Shown: positions 47,035-55,833, counted from the stretch's first letter. The stretch is 64,000 nucleotides of DNA from an uncultured bacterium (GCA_964412555.1 CAYPPG010000005.1:129819-193818), one strand, 5' to 3'. Numbers and translations: made by a program. Notes: generated by a model not told the origin, from the letters alone.

Positions 47035-48255
47035 CTAACTGACCATTTTCCCGATGTTCAGAATCGGCAGAAGAAACGCGAATAAAATTCCTCCGACGCC
47101 GATGGCCATCAAAATGATTACCATTGGCTCGAATAAAGTAATGAACCGTTTAATGGCATGCTGCACTTCAACATCATAGGTATCCGCCACTTGAAACAGC
47201 ATTTCGTCCAAGGTTCCGGATTCCTCTCCGACGGCAATCAGGTTGGTCACCATCGGAGGGAAAAAACCGGTTTCCCGCAAGGGATTCGCGAGACCTTCGC
47301 CTCTCTTTACTTTTTCGCTCGCCTCCCGGAGTGAGCGTGCTAATAATGCACTGGTTGTGGTATCGACCACGAGGTTCAAGGCGCTCAATACCGGAATCCC
47401 GCTTTTGACCAAGGTTCCCATCGTTCTGGCGAAACGGGCAACTTGCGCTTTGATCAGCATGGGGCCAAGTGCCGGGATTTTTTCTTTGACATAATCGAAC
47501 CGTTCTTTCCAGACCGGGTCGGCTAACATTTTGCGAAGAAGGAATACTGCAACAACAATCCCGAGAACAATCAGCCACCACAAACTCAAGACTGTGTCGC
47601 TGGTATTGATCAGCACACGCGTTAACCAGGGGAGATTGTCGCCGAAATCGGCGAAAACCGCTCCCAACCGGGGGATGACGACCGTGACCAAGACGACAAT
47701 CGAGCCGAAACCGACCAGTACAACGAGACAGGGATAAGCCAAGGCGGTCATGATGTTGGAGCGTAGAGCGGCTTCCGCTTCCATGAAACCGGCCAATTGT
47801 TTTAGGACAATATCCAAAATACCGCCGGATTCCCCCACGCGGACTATGCTGCAATATAAATTGGGGAAGTATTTGGGATATTTGGAGAGCGCTTCCGAGA
47901 GACTGGTTCCGCCATGGATATCTTCGCGAATTGCACGGATGATTTTTGCGAGCGATTCGCTCTCCGTTTGTTCTTCGAGAATGGAAAGTGCCTGGGACAT
48001 GACAATTCCCGCTTTGAGCAGAGCAGCCAATTGGCTGGTAAATACAAAAATGTCGCGCTTATTTATTCTTGAACGGCGGGAACTTTTTGCCGCTGCGGCG
48101 GCTTGAATTTTGGCAACTTGTTCGGTTTCAATGTTGAGCGGCCGTACTCCCCGTTCCCGTAATTGGGATACGGCTTCGGGACGATTCCCTGCAATAAGGG
48201 TTCCGGATACGGTTTGGCCGTCGGGACTCAACGCTTTGTATCGAAAAGTGGGCAT
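47035..48255 (-). CDS. gspF: Type II secretion / type IV pilus platform protein GspF
   Basis: 406 aa with two T2SS-F repeats (FTSQLAALLKAGIVMSQAL...; FARTMGTLVKSGIPVLSAL...) and three TM segments. Confidence 0.9.
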   Translation of the reverse strand: MPTFRYKALSPDGQTVSGTLIAGNRPEAVSQLRERGVRPLNIETEQVAKIQAAAAAKSSRRSRINKRDIFVFTSQLAALLKAGIVMSQALSILEEQTESESLAKIIRAIREDIHGGTSLSEALSKYPKYFPNLYCSIVRVGESGGILDIVLKQLAGFMEAEAALRSNIMTALAYPCLVVLVGFGSIVVLVTVVIPRLGAVFADFGDNLPWLTRVLINTSDTVLSLWWLIVLGIVVAVFLLRKMLADPVWKERFDYVKEKIPALGPMLIKAQVARFARTMGTLVKSGIPVLSALNLVVDTTTSALLARSLREASEKVKRGEGLANPLRETGFFPPMVTNLIAVGEESGTLDEMLFQVADTYDVEVQHAIKRFITLFEPMVIILMAIGVGGILFAFLLPILNIGKMVS

Positions 48256-48467
48256 AGTTACATTATTCTTTCAATTCTATAGGTTTACAGGTTTATGGAG
48301 TGTTATTTGTAACAAGACGCACTGATTTTCGTTCATCCTTATATATAACGTTGCGAAACGGAAAAATGTTCCATGAAATCCCAGAAATGATCAACAATTC
48401 TGATGAATCTCACTGCTTGTGTTATGGTTAAAAGTATTTCTTATGTTCCTAAAAGAGACTGAGAATC

Positions 48468-48698
48468 ATGAAAAGAGTCATTTATATCACTTCGGCAGTT
48501 GGTACCATCATAATCCTCCTTGGTGGATATTTTTTTGTCAAGGACTTCTTCTTTACAAACGCGTTGGAACATTTACCGCCACCATTGATCAGCCGGGAAG
48601 AATCGGATTCCTTCGGGTGGAAAAACGATGATCCGGAGAGATGGAATGTCATTTATTTTGAACCGATTCAATTACAAGAAATTGAAAAAGCCGGTTAA
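48468..48698 (+). CDS. Small single-pass membrane protein (76 aa), unknown function
   Basis: MKRVIYITSAVGTIIILLGGYFFV TM segment. The SD is weak. It lies between the T2SS promoter region and the convergent ParE gene. Confidence 0.35.
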   Translation: MKRVIYITSAVGTIIILLGGYFFVKDFFFTNALEHLPPPLISREESDSFGWKNDDPERWNVIYFEPIQLQEIEKAG

Positions 48699-48703
48699 TG
48701 CAT

Positions 48704-48997
48704 TCATATGATCCTGTCTTTATAGTGATCCGGATCTCGATGAAGATTTGCTACTGCAGTGATGATAATTTCCGTTGGCTCAATGATGTAGAGAAGAGCA
48801 TACGGAAAACCTTTAAGAATACACCTTCTGGTTTGTTTGTCTATTTTTGTCCAGGCGTCCGGCATATATATTATTCGGTCAATTGTTGCGGCTACTTCTT
48901 TGAAAAAACGAGTACCCAATCCTGGATTCAGGTGTTCGTAGTACCGTATTGCTTCATCCAGTTCATGATTCGCGGGAGAAACCAGGCGAACTTTCAC
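48704..48997 (-). CDS. ParE/RelE-family toxin
   Basis: 97 aa. ...ELDEAIRYYE...GLGTRFFKEV...ILKGFPYALLYIIEPTEIIITAVANLHRDP is the classic ParE plasmid-stabilisation pattern. It overlaps the antitoxin gene by 4 nt. Confidence 0.8.
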   Translation of the reverse strand: MKVRLVSPANHELDEAIRYYEHLNPGLGTRFFKEVAATIDRIIYMPDAWTKIDKQTRRCILKGFPYALLYIIEPTEIIITAVANLHRDPDHYKDRII

Positions 48998-49209
48998 CGG
49001 TCGTACCTCTTCTTGATTTCATCCCAATCTTGGGATTCAAGTTGCCCTTGTTTGTATGCCTCATATCGTGATTCGGATTCCGTTATCCATTTCTGTTCGA
49101 TATCCGGATCGATCTTGTCGAGGCTGTGCAAAATTGCCTCAACCAATTGAATTCGTTCTATCGGTTTGAGAGCAATGGCTTTTTCTTTTATTTGTTCTAA
49201 TGTTTCCAT
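48994..49209 (-). CDS. Addiction-module antitoxin (71 aa)
   Basis: METLEQIKEKAIALKPIERIQLVEAILHSLD...WITESESRYEAYKQG matches the 'putative addiction module component' pattern. The start at ATG 49207-49209 has SD GGAGTGA. Confidence 0.7.
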   Translation of the reverse strand: METLEQIKEKAIALKPIERIQLVEAILHSLDKIDPDIEQKWITESESRYEAYKQGQLESQDWDEIKKRYDR

Positions 49210-49295
49210 TCTTTCACTCCCGAGCCGGTCTATTGTTGAGGATAATTGACCGGAAGGTAAGAACAAGTGATCCCATTTTTGATTTTAAATGTTTA

Positions 49296-49345
49296 AAGCA
49301 AGCGCTCAAGGGCTGACCGCTTCGCGGTCTTGCCCTTGCCGCTCA
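49296..49345. repeat. REP-like nested hairpin
   Basis: CAAGGGC-T-GACCGC-ttc-GCGGTC-TT-GCCCTTG. The outer arms are related to module A of the 38.2-kb repeats (CAAGGGY...RCCCTTGC). Confidence 0.5.
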
Positions 49346-49451
49346 TCATGCTGCGTTGCGATGGGAAAGAGATTGTGAAACTGTTTCCTCGCGACTAAAT
49401 TGGAGTATAGTATACAACGCTTACATTCTGTCATGAGGGGAGTTTTTACCC

Positions 49452-50210
49452 TTGTCTTGTTTGATTGAAGTCGATCATTTGTCCTTTCAATACCCGGATC
49501 AGCACAAGGCGTTGCTGGATATTTCTCTGCATGTCAAGCATGGAGAGCGGGTGGGGTTGGTGGGGCCAAACGGGGCAGGGAAGACAACTTTCTTTATGGT
49601 TCTGTCGGGGGTCATCGATTCTTTTGTAGGTTCTCTTCATGTTGCCGGATGCGATCTTTCGACAGGAAAAGGGCGCAAAGAAGTGCATCGGAAATTGGGA
49701 ATTGTTTTTCAAAATACCGATGATCAGATTTTCAATGCCAGTGTTTTTGAAGACATCGCGTTCGGTCCACTCAATATGGGTTGTGCGGCGGAAGAAGTGA
49801 CACGCCGTGTCGATGAAGCGATGGCACAAGTCGGCTTGGGGGAAGAATTCAAAGATCGACTACCGTTCCATCTATCCGGCGGAGAGAAACGGCGGGTTTC
49901 GATTGCAGGCATTTTAGCCATGGATCCGCAAGTATTATTACTTGACGAGCCTTCCAGCGACCTTGACCCACGGGGGAGGCGCGAATTGGTGCAGATTTTA
50001 GATGGATTTACACTTACACGGATCATTTCCAGCCACAATCTTGAATTTGTGTTGGAAACTTGCGATCGGGTTGTCATTTTCGACGAAGGCCGATTGGTAG
50101 CCGATGGACCGGCGGAGATCATTCTAAGTGATGAGAAATTGATGTTGGAACATGGGTTGGAAGTTCCGTTCAGCCTTCGGCTGAATCGGAACTATGAATC
50201 GCATGGATGA
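49452..50210 (+). CDS. ECF/CbiO-type ABC transporter ATP-binding protein, orphan
   Basis: TTG start. Walker A GPNGAGKTT, signature LSGGEKRRVSIAGIL, Walker B LLLDEPSSDLD. No permease, T- or S-component gene is adjacent. Confidence 0.9.
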   Translation: MSCLIEVDHLSFQYPDQHKALLDISLHVKHGERVGLVGPNGAGKTTFFMVLSGVIDSFVGSLHVAGCDLSTGKGRKEVHRKLGIVFQNTDDQIFNASVFEDIAFGPLNMGCAAEEVTRRVDEAMAQVGLGEEFKDRLPFHLSGGEKRRVSIAGILAMDPQVLLLDEPSSDLDPRGRRELVQILDGFTLTRIISSHNLEFVLETCDRVVIFDEGRLVADGPAEIILSDEKLMLEHGLEVPFSLRLNRNYESHG

Positions 50211-50241
50211 TTTATTTCAACATTGCTGAAACGTAAGCGAT

Positions 50242-51339
50242 TTATTGATTGATCTGTAAATCTTGAGGATTGATTTTAATGGATTGTTTTGGGGAATGTT
50301 TCTTTTTCCACTCTTCTTCGCTCATTACGATTTCAATATTCGCGTCTTCTTTTAATTGTTTGAAATAATTTTGAAGCGCTTCGTACTCTTTCCGTTGCGT
50401 GAGAGATTGCTTAAGTTGGCCTTTAACATTTTCCAATGGGACGATGCCTTCTTCTTTGTGCTCCAAAACTTTGATCAAATGATAGCCAATAGGGGTTAAT
50501 ACGATGTCGCTCATCGTTCCTTCTTCGGTGGAAAATACTGCATTGTCAAATTTTTCCGGGATCCCTTGTTGCCCTTTGGCGAGGGTTCCTAAATTCCCGT
50601 TATTTTTTGCTGAAGGAGCATGTTCAGAGTACTGTTTGGCCGCTTCTTCAAAAGTAATTTCATCATTGTCGATTTGGGAACGAATCGATTCCAATTTATC
50701 TTTAATGGCATTTTTCTCTTTTTCGGAAGCGTCATCCGGCACTTCGAGAAATATTTGACTGACTTGTGCCGATTCCGGTTGTTGAAAGACATTCGGATTC
50801 TCGTCGTAGAATGTTTTCATTTCCTCATCGGTTGGTTCTTTGACTTCTTGGACTCCCTTGTCCAGTACTTTTTGATAAAGAATGTTTTCAATCAATTGTT
50901 TATTTTGACGAAGGTCTTCTTCGGTCAGTCCTTTGGACTTCAGCCAAAATTCATATTTGTCGTTGGAAGGGAACTGGTCCTTGAAATTAGCGATATAACG
51001 GTCGATATCTTGTTTTTCAACTTTGATATCCTTCTCCATGGCTTCTTTTTTCAGCAAAGCCATATGGATTGCCCCTTCAAGGCCTTGTTGATAAAAAGCA
51101 ATATTTTTATTTTGAATCTGTGCTTGTGAGATTTGCCCTTGAGACCGATTGACGATATTGTTGATTTGTTCCAATACCATTTCTTCGGTGACATCGATAC
51201 CGCCAACTTTCGCAACTACTGTCTTTTCCTCTGCAGCAGGACTTTTTTCTTCTTCGGCGGAAAGAACAGTTGCGGATCCGGGGCCGAAGAAAACCATTGT
51301 AATGACAATGATGTTCATTAGGCGAAGGCAATGTTTCAT
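50242..51339 (-). CDS. Exported parvulin-type peptidyl-prolyl isomerase (SurA/PrsA-like)
   Basis: The start at ATG 51337-51339 has SD GGAGA and a signal peptide. The PpiC domain is ...NNGNLGTLAKGQQGIPEKFDNAVFS...IVLTPIGYHLIKVLE. Confidence 0.8.
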   Translation of the reverse strand: MKHCLRLMNIIVITMVFFGPGSATVLSAEEEKSPAAEEKTVVAKVGGIDVTEEMVLEQINNIVNRSQGQISQAQIQNKNIAFYQQGLEGAIHMALLKKEAMEKDIKVEKQDIDRYIANFKDQFPSNDKYEFWLKSKGLTEEDLRQNKQLIENILYQKVLDKGVQEVKEPTDEEMKTFYDENPNVFQQPESAQVSQIFLEVPDDASEKEKNAIKDKLESIRSQIDNDEITFEEAAKQYSEHAPSAKNNGNLGTLAKGQQGIPEKFDNAVFSTEEGTMSDIVLTPIGYHLIKVLEHKEEGIVPLENVKGQLKQSLTQRKEYEALQNYFKQLKEDANIEIVMSEEEWKKKHSPKQSIKINPQDLQINQ

Positions 51340-51529
51340 AAGATTTCTCCTTGTTTTTTTATATGTTGGCACCAGCACCGCTTTGTGAATCACGAGAGTA
51401 AGAGAGGAAACACAAGAAGAGACACCTGGTGAGATTTATTGAACACAAGCTAATGGGAGAAGGGAACACTGTCAAGGAACGTTCCATTCAATGAAACGCG
51501 AATGAGAAAAGTCTATCGGTTATCCTTGA

Positions 51530-52489
51530 TTATTGATGAAACCAGTGTTGCACAGGAGTTTCGTTGAAGGAGTGCCAATTTGTACCATTCCATTCCCAAA
51601 GATCCTCGAGATAGATGGCTTCATACGTGTTCGGATCTACTATAAGTTCTCCTCCGAATAGGACGACAACATCACGGCTCGCATCGAATCCCATCGCAAA
51701 AAAACCACGGTCGGGATGATCGGGAACATTCGGCGGAGAGAGTTGAGACCAATTCTCACCGTTCCAAATCCATGTTTGTTGTTCTTTCCCATAAAGAAGG
51801 CAATTTTCACGAGCGGCGTCATAAACCATATTGAAATCGCCAAATTCATAGGTTGGAGCCGAGGCAGGATTCTTATTGATCCAACTTTGATTTTTCCAGA
51901 CCCATGTTTCTTTTCCGTCAAACCAGACTCCTTCTTCCCTCGCTTCATCGTACACGAAAGCTACGTCGACGGCCGCGGGCGGTGAAGGAGAAATCTCTTG
52001 CTGAATCCATTCATCATTCTCTAAGAAATAAGTAGTACCGGGAGGGGGGCTGGCTTGAAAAGGAGCCGCCGCATAGAACATGACAAACGTTCCCAGTCCT
52101 GGATCAAATATAATTTCCGGATCCCCGCCAATGATATCCGATTGAACCGGGTCGGCGATTTTCTCCCATGAACTGCCATCAAATGCATACGTCGCTTGTT
52201 GGTCGAGGACTCCACCGACTACCACGAGATGTTGATTGTTCGGATCATAAGCGGCAGTAGTATGTGTGATCCCTGCCGGTAGATCGGGTAATTGATTCCA
52301 CCCATCAGCCGTGAGCGCCCAGGCTGTTGACAGAGGTTGCCAGTCTTCCGGTCCCCACCCTCCAATAGTAATTAGGGATTGCATCGGTGGAAAATAAAAT
52401 AAACCTCCATCGATTTGTTGAGTGGGTTGTGCGCCAACAATCGCCACTGACACAAAAAAAATACAAATGATAAGTGCATTGGATTTCAT
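51530..52489 (-). CDS. Exported Kelch-like beta-propeller protein
   Basis: The start at ATG 52487-52489 has SD GGAGGG and a signal peptide. It contains recurrent ...W..l.p... blades (FDGSSWEKI, TWVWKNQSWINK, TWIWNGENWSQL, DLWEWNGTNWHSF). Confidence 0.6.
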   Translation of the reverse strand: MKSNALIICIFFVSVAIVGAQPTQQIDGGLFYFPPMQSLITIGGWGPEDWQPLSTAWALTADGWNQLPDLPAGITHTTAAYDPNNQHLVVVGGVLDQQATYAFDGSSWEKIADPVQSDIIGGDPEIIFDPGLGTFVMFYAAAPFQASPPPGTTYFLENDEWIQQEISPSPPAAVDVAFVYDEAREEGVWFDGKETWVWKNQSWINKNPASAPTYEFGDFNMVYDAARENCLLYGKEQQTWIWNGENWSQLSPPNVPDHPDRGFFAMGFDASRDVVVLFGGELIVDPNTYEAIYLEDLWEWNGTNWHSFNETPVQHWFHQ

Positions 52490-52693
52490 ATGGTCCCTCC
52501 ATTTGTTCTTCAAAACTGGTGTATACAAAAGTACTCGTTTATAAAATAATAGCATTACTTTTTTTGGATGTGCAGGATCATGAAATCGAATAATCGATTT
52601 ATAGATGCTCAAATTTGATGTTTGTGTCTTTGGCAGTGCATATATACTATGGGAGGGCAAATCGCCCAATTTTATTCGTTGTGGAGGTTCAGG

Positions 52694-53503
52694 GTGATTC
52701 GCTACTATGAAAAATACCCTAATTGGAAGTTCTTGTTCGTGACGGTCGTGTTATGCATCTTGATTTCCCCTCACTATGTCTTGGCAGAACCTACTGATGT
52801 CATTGTGCGAGTCGTTTCGCAGGATGCCAAGGTTATCGGTTCCGGTGTAGGGGGAGTCTTGATCATGATCCGAGATTATGCCACTGGAGAAATCCTCGCC
52901 GAAGGAAAACATATGGGGGGAACCGGTGATACAGAACGGATAATGAGGCGGCCCCATGTTCGTGGGGAGAGTCCCTATGTCGGGGAAAATACTGCTTGTT
53001 TTCAAACAACACTTGATCTCGAAAAACCTACACAAGTCGAAATTACGGCAGAAGGTCCCTTGGCGTATCCTCAAGCGAAGCAAAAAGCTTCGATGACGAC
53101 ACTTCTTCTTCCCGGTCAAGATATTGGGGAAGAAGGAATCGTCATGATGCTTCACGGTTTCATTGTCGATATCATGAATCCTGAATCTGTCGCTGCGCAA
53201 AAAGAGCGATCCGATTTTACGGTGCGGGCTTCCGTGAGAATGATGTGCGGGTGCCCTACGGAACCAGGTGGATTATGGGACAGTAATTCCTATAAAATTA
53301 CAGCACAGCTGATCCATAACGAAAAGATCATACAATCCGAACCCTTAACATTTTCAGGGAAGACAAATATCTATCTCGGGAAATTGCGGGCGCCGAAATT
53401 GAATGGAAAAGAAAAAGACAGCGTTGAACTGAGGATTCTGGTTTCCGATCCGGAAACAGCGAATTTCGGAATGGATCAAACCACCTTGATGATTGTTCCA
53501 TGA
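52694..53503 (+). CDS. Exported protein of unknown function (269 aa)
   Basis: The GTG at 52694 has GGAGG 6 nt upstream. Signal-like WKFLFVTVVLCILISPHYVLA. I recognise no family. Confidence 0.55.
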   Translation: MIRYYEKYPNWKFLFVTVVLCILISPHYVLAEPTDVIVRVVSQDAKVIGSGVGGVLIMIRDYATGEILAEGKHMGGTGDTERIMRRPHVRGESPYVGENTACFQTTLDLEKPTQVEITAEGPLAYPQAKQKASMTTLLLPGQDIGEEGIVMMLHGFIVDIMNPESVAAQKERSDFTVRASVRMMCGCPTEPGGLWDSNSYKITAQLIHNEKIIQSEPLTFSGKTNIYLGKLRAPKLNGKEKDSVELRILVSDPETANFGMDQTTLMIVP

Positions 53504-53517
53504 CAAAGGTGGATATT

Positions 53518-54144
53518 TTATTTTGCTTTTCGGGATGTCTTCTTCCCGGTTTCTTTCGGTAAGTAATTCCGCCGGATGTATTGGCTGTACACAGCGCCGA
53601 TGGGATTATGAGCAAGCACACGATCTTTTACAATCAGAGTGGTCACCGGCGCTTTCGACACCATCCCGAATATCGCATCATGCCCGACACACAATCCGCA
53701 TAAAATATTGAGTTCCGTGCCTGCTTGATTCAAGAGTTCCGCTTGTCCTGCAGGATTGCAAGTGTATTCCGTATCGTCCGGATCGATTTGCTCCAAGCCG
53801 AATCGCTTTTTGTCCATAGCCCCAATCTTGCAACAGACGGAGATCACGTTGAATTCCTTCGCGAGTATTTTGGCGATAATTTTGGCTTCTTCCGCCAATC
53901 CGACACAAAAAGCCAAGCCGACCTTTTTGCATCCCAATTCTTTGGCAAAGAGGACGATTTCTCGAAGGCGGGGTTCTTGGCAATAATATTTTGCCTCAAT
54001 AGAAGCGGCGGCATGATGAATTCGTGCAATCTCTTCGGACTGATACAATTCAACATGCTGGTCGCCAAGCCTAAAGCAATCTTTTCCATTTTTGCATTCG
54101 TACGTTTCGCAAAAAGCACAACGGGGTTTTATTTTTTTTGCCAT
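53518..54144 (-). CDS. Cys-rich metal-binding protein (DUF1847-like)
   Basis: CAFCETYECKNGKDC N-terminal cluster plus CCKIG, CNPAGQ and CGLCVGHD. The pattern is as I recall for DUF1847 proteins of anaerobes. Confidence 0.6.
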   Translation of the reverse strand: MAKKIKPRCAFCETYECKNGKDCFRLGDQHVELYQSEEIARIHHAAASIEAKYYCQEPRLREIVLFAKELGCKKVGLAFCVGLAEEAKIIAKILAKEFNVISVCCKIGAMDKKRFGLEQIDPDDTEYTCNPAGQAELLNQAGTELNILCGLCVGHDAIFGMVSKAPVTTLIVKDRVLAHNPIGAVYSQYIRRNYLPKETGKKTSRKAK

Positions 54145-54297
54145 GATGATTTCCTGGTAAAATAGGGATTAGAGTTCCTTACAAAAAATCATACTGCCTC
54201 ATGAACTTTTTTGAAATATTTTCAAACGGTATGGATATTCATACATCAAAAGGGAAAAAACAAATCCCTATCTAATTGGAAAGGAAGGAAGATTTCC

Positions 54298-55833
54298 ATG
54301 AAAAAAGGACTTTTAGGCTTGTTGCTTTGTATTTTTGTTCCCATAACAAGTGGGGGCAAAGAAGTGATTGAAGGGCCGATTCCGGCAGTTTCTTATCCAA
54401 GTTCGATTTATGGTCTACGGCTTATCCTCGATCCGCCGGTCCCGAATCCGTTCGATGCAAGACTTGTTGTCGAACCCGAAAAACCTCAACCGGAAGATGA
54501 AATATCCATTTATGTTGAAGGCCAATTTCCGACTCCCGGCTATGAAATCGAATCGGTTGCTTTGAATATTATGGAAAGTTATCCGGAACAATTGGAAGCC
54601 GTCATTCAAGTTCGAGAACTCGATGGTATGTGGGCACAGGTCGTCACCCCCTTTCGTGAACTGGTCGGAACCGCCAAAATCAGCGAGGGGATTCATCCGT
54701 TAACCGGTATCATCAATGGCGTGCAATTCTATCGAGGCGAATTTCTGGTCGGTGATGCGCCGGTCAATGAAACTGCTGTTTATAATGCAAAATTCGTCTT
54801 TGAGCCGGAAAACCCGAATCCGGGCGAAAAATTTTCCGTATTCATCGAAGGTGAATTCCCAACCCCAGGTTACGAAATCGTTGAAAAAAGTGTGAATATT
54901 CTGGAATCATATCCGGAACAACTGAGCATTCAGATTAAGATCAAGGAACCGGAAGGCCCTCAATTGCAGGTGATTACTCCATTTCGTGAATTGGTAGGCA
55001 CCGCATCCGTGAGTGAAGGAGTGCATCCGGTGATTGGATTCATCAACAATGAACCGGTCATGAAAGACCTATTGACCGTGGGCGATCCTCGCCAGAATGA
55101 TGTGACGATCTCAGCCGTTGTGTATAACGCCAAGATCGTGGTAGAACCGGAAAATCCGCAAGTGGGAGAACGTTTTTCCGTCTATGTCGAAGGCGACTTT
55201 CCCACCCCCGGCTACACCTTCACCATGAAAGAACTATTGACATCGGATTCCATTCCGGAACATCTAGCCGTAAATCTCGAGATCGCCGAACCGACCGAAC
55301 CGCAGCCGGAAGTGATTACTCCGTTTCGCGAATTCATCGGAACGGAAGTGCTGGCGGAAGGAGTGCATCCGTTGTATGGAACCATCAACGGCGAACGATT
55401 CCATAACAGTGTGCTGGTGGTTGGCGATCCCGCATCCGTTACGCTGATCCATTTCACCCGAAGCGGCGGCATTGCCGGTTTTGATCAAAAAATGACAATC
55501 TATAACTCGGGCATCGCCAAGATTGAAGATCAAACAGCGAGTTCAAACCAAACAAATACCTTCCCCCTTCCGGAAGACACGTTTGATTCTGTACAGCGAA
55601 AAATGGAAGCAATCGATTTCAATGCACTGGAACCATTGTATGCACTGGAAACTCCTATAGCCGATGGATTTCAGTATTCCTTGTCCTATCAGGATTCAAA
55701 AACGGTCATGGTCAGCCAAGGCGCAGAAATCCCGGCTGCCCTTGAAGAAGCCATACAAATTCTGGAACCGTTTTTTATTCCGGTAAACAACGGAGACGAT
55801 GAAACCCCTGTTCAGAAGTGGCTTCTGTTTTGA
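54298..55833 (+). CDS. Exported protein: three tandem ~110-aa modules + emfourin-like C-terminal domain
   Basis: The ATG at 54298 has an AAGGAAGGAAG SD and a signal peptide (MKKGLLGLLLCIFVPITSG). For the repeats see the feature at 54424-55428. The C-terminus has HFTRSGGIAGF...IADGFQYSLSY. Confidence 0.7.
   Translation: MKKGLLGLLLCIFVPITSGGKEVIEGPIPAVSYPSSIYGLRLILDPPVPNPFDARLVVEPEKPQPEDEISIYVEGQFPTPGYEIESVALNIMESYPEQLEAVIQVRELDGMWAQVVTPFRELVGTAKISEGIHPLTGIINGVQFYRGEFLVGDAPVNETAVYNAKFVFEPENPNPGEKFSVFIEGEFPTPGYEIVEKSVNILESYPEQLSIQIKIKEPEGPQLQVITPFRELVGTASVSEGVHPVIGFINNEPVMKDLLTVGDPRQNDVTISAVVYNAKIVVEPENPQVGERFSVYVEGDFPTPGYTFTMKELLTSDSIPEHLAVNLEIAEPTEPQPEVITPFREFIGTEVLAEGVHPLYGTINGERFHNSVLVVGDPASVTLIHFTRSGGIAGFDQKMTIYNSGIAKIEDQTASSNQTNTFPLPEDTFDSVQRKMEAIDFNALEPLYALETPIADGFQYSLSYQDSKTVMVSQGAEIPAALEEAIQILEPFFIPVNNGDDETPVQKWLLF
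54424..55428 (+). repeat. Intragenic tandem triplication (periods 330 and 342 nt)
   Basis: The three copies share EPE(N/K)P...(E/K/R)(I/F)S(I/V)(Y/F)(V/I)EG(Q/E/D)FPTPGY...(V/I)(V/I)TPFRE(L/F)(V/I)GT...EG(I/V)HP...G.IN......(L/F)(L/V)VGD. Confidence 0.8.

Noticed and set aside
47174-47854. 226-aa alternative-frame ORF inside gspF, and similar ORFs inside mreB, purL and the secretin gene.
   Set aside because: They are Arg/Gly/Ser/Pro-rich with no motifs, and they are fully nested in genes with strong family signatures. They are typical off-frame artefacts.
49346-49451. Cobalamin riboswitch upstream of the CbiO-like ATPase (GGGAAAGAG…GTGAAACTG resembles part of the B12-element core).
   Set aside because: No B12 box (GCCACTG-like) or the other conserved stems are visible, and the region is too short (about 100 nt) for the full aptamer.
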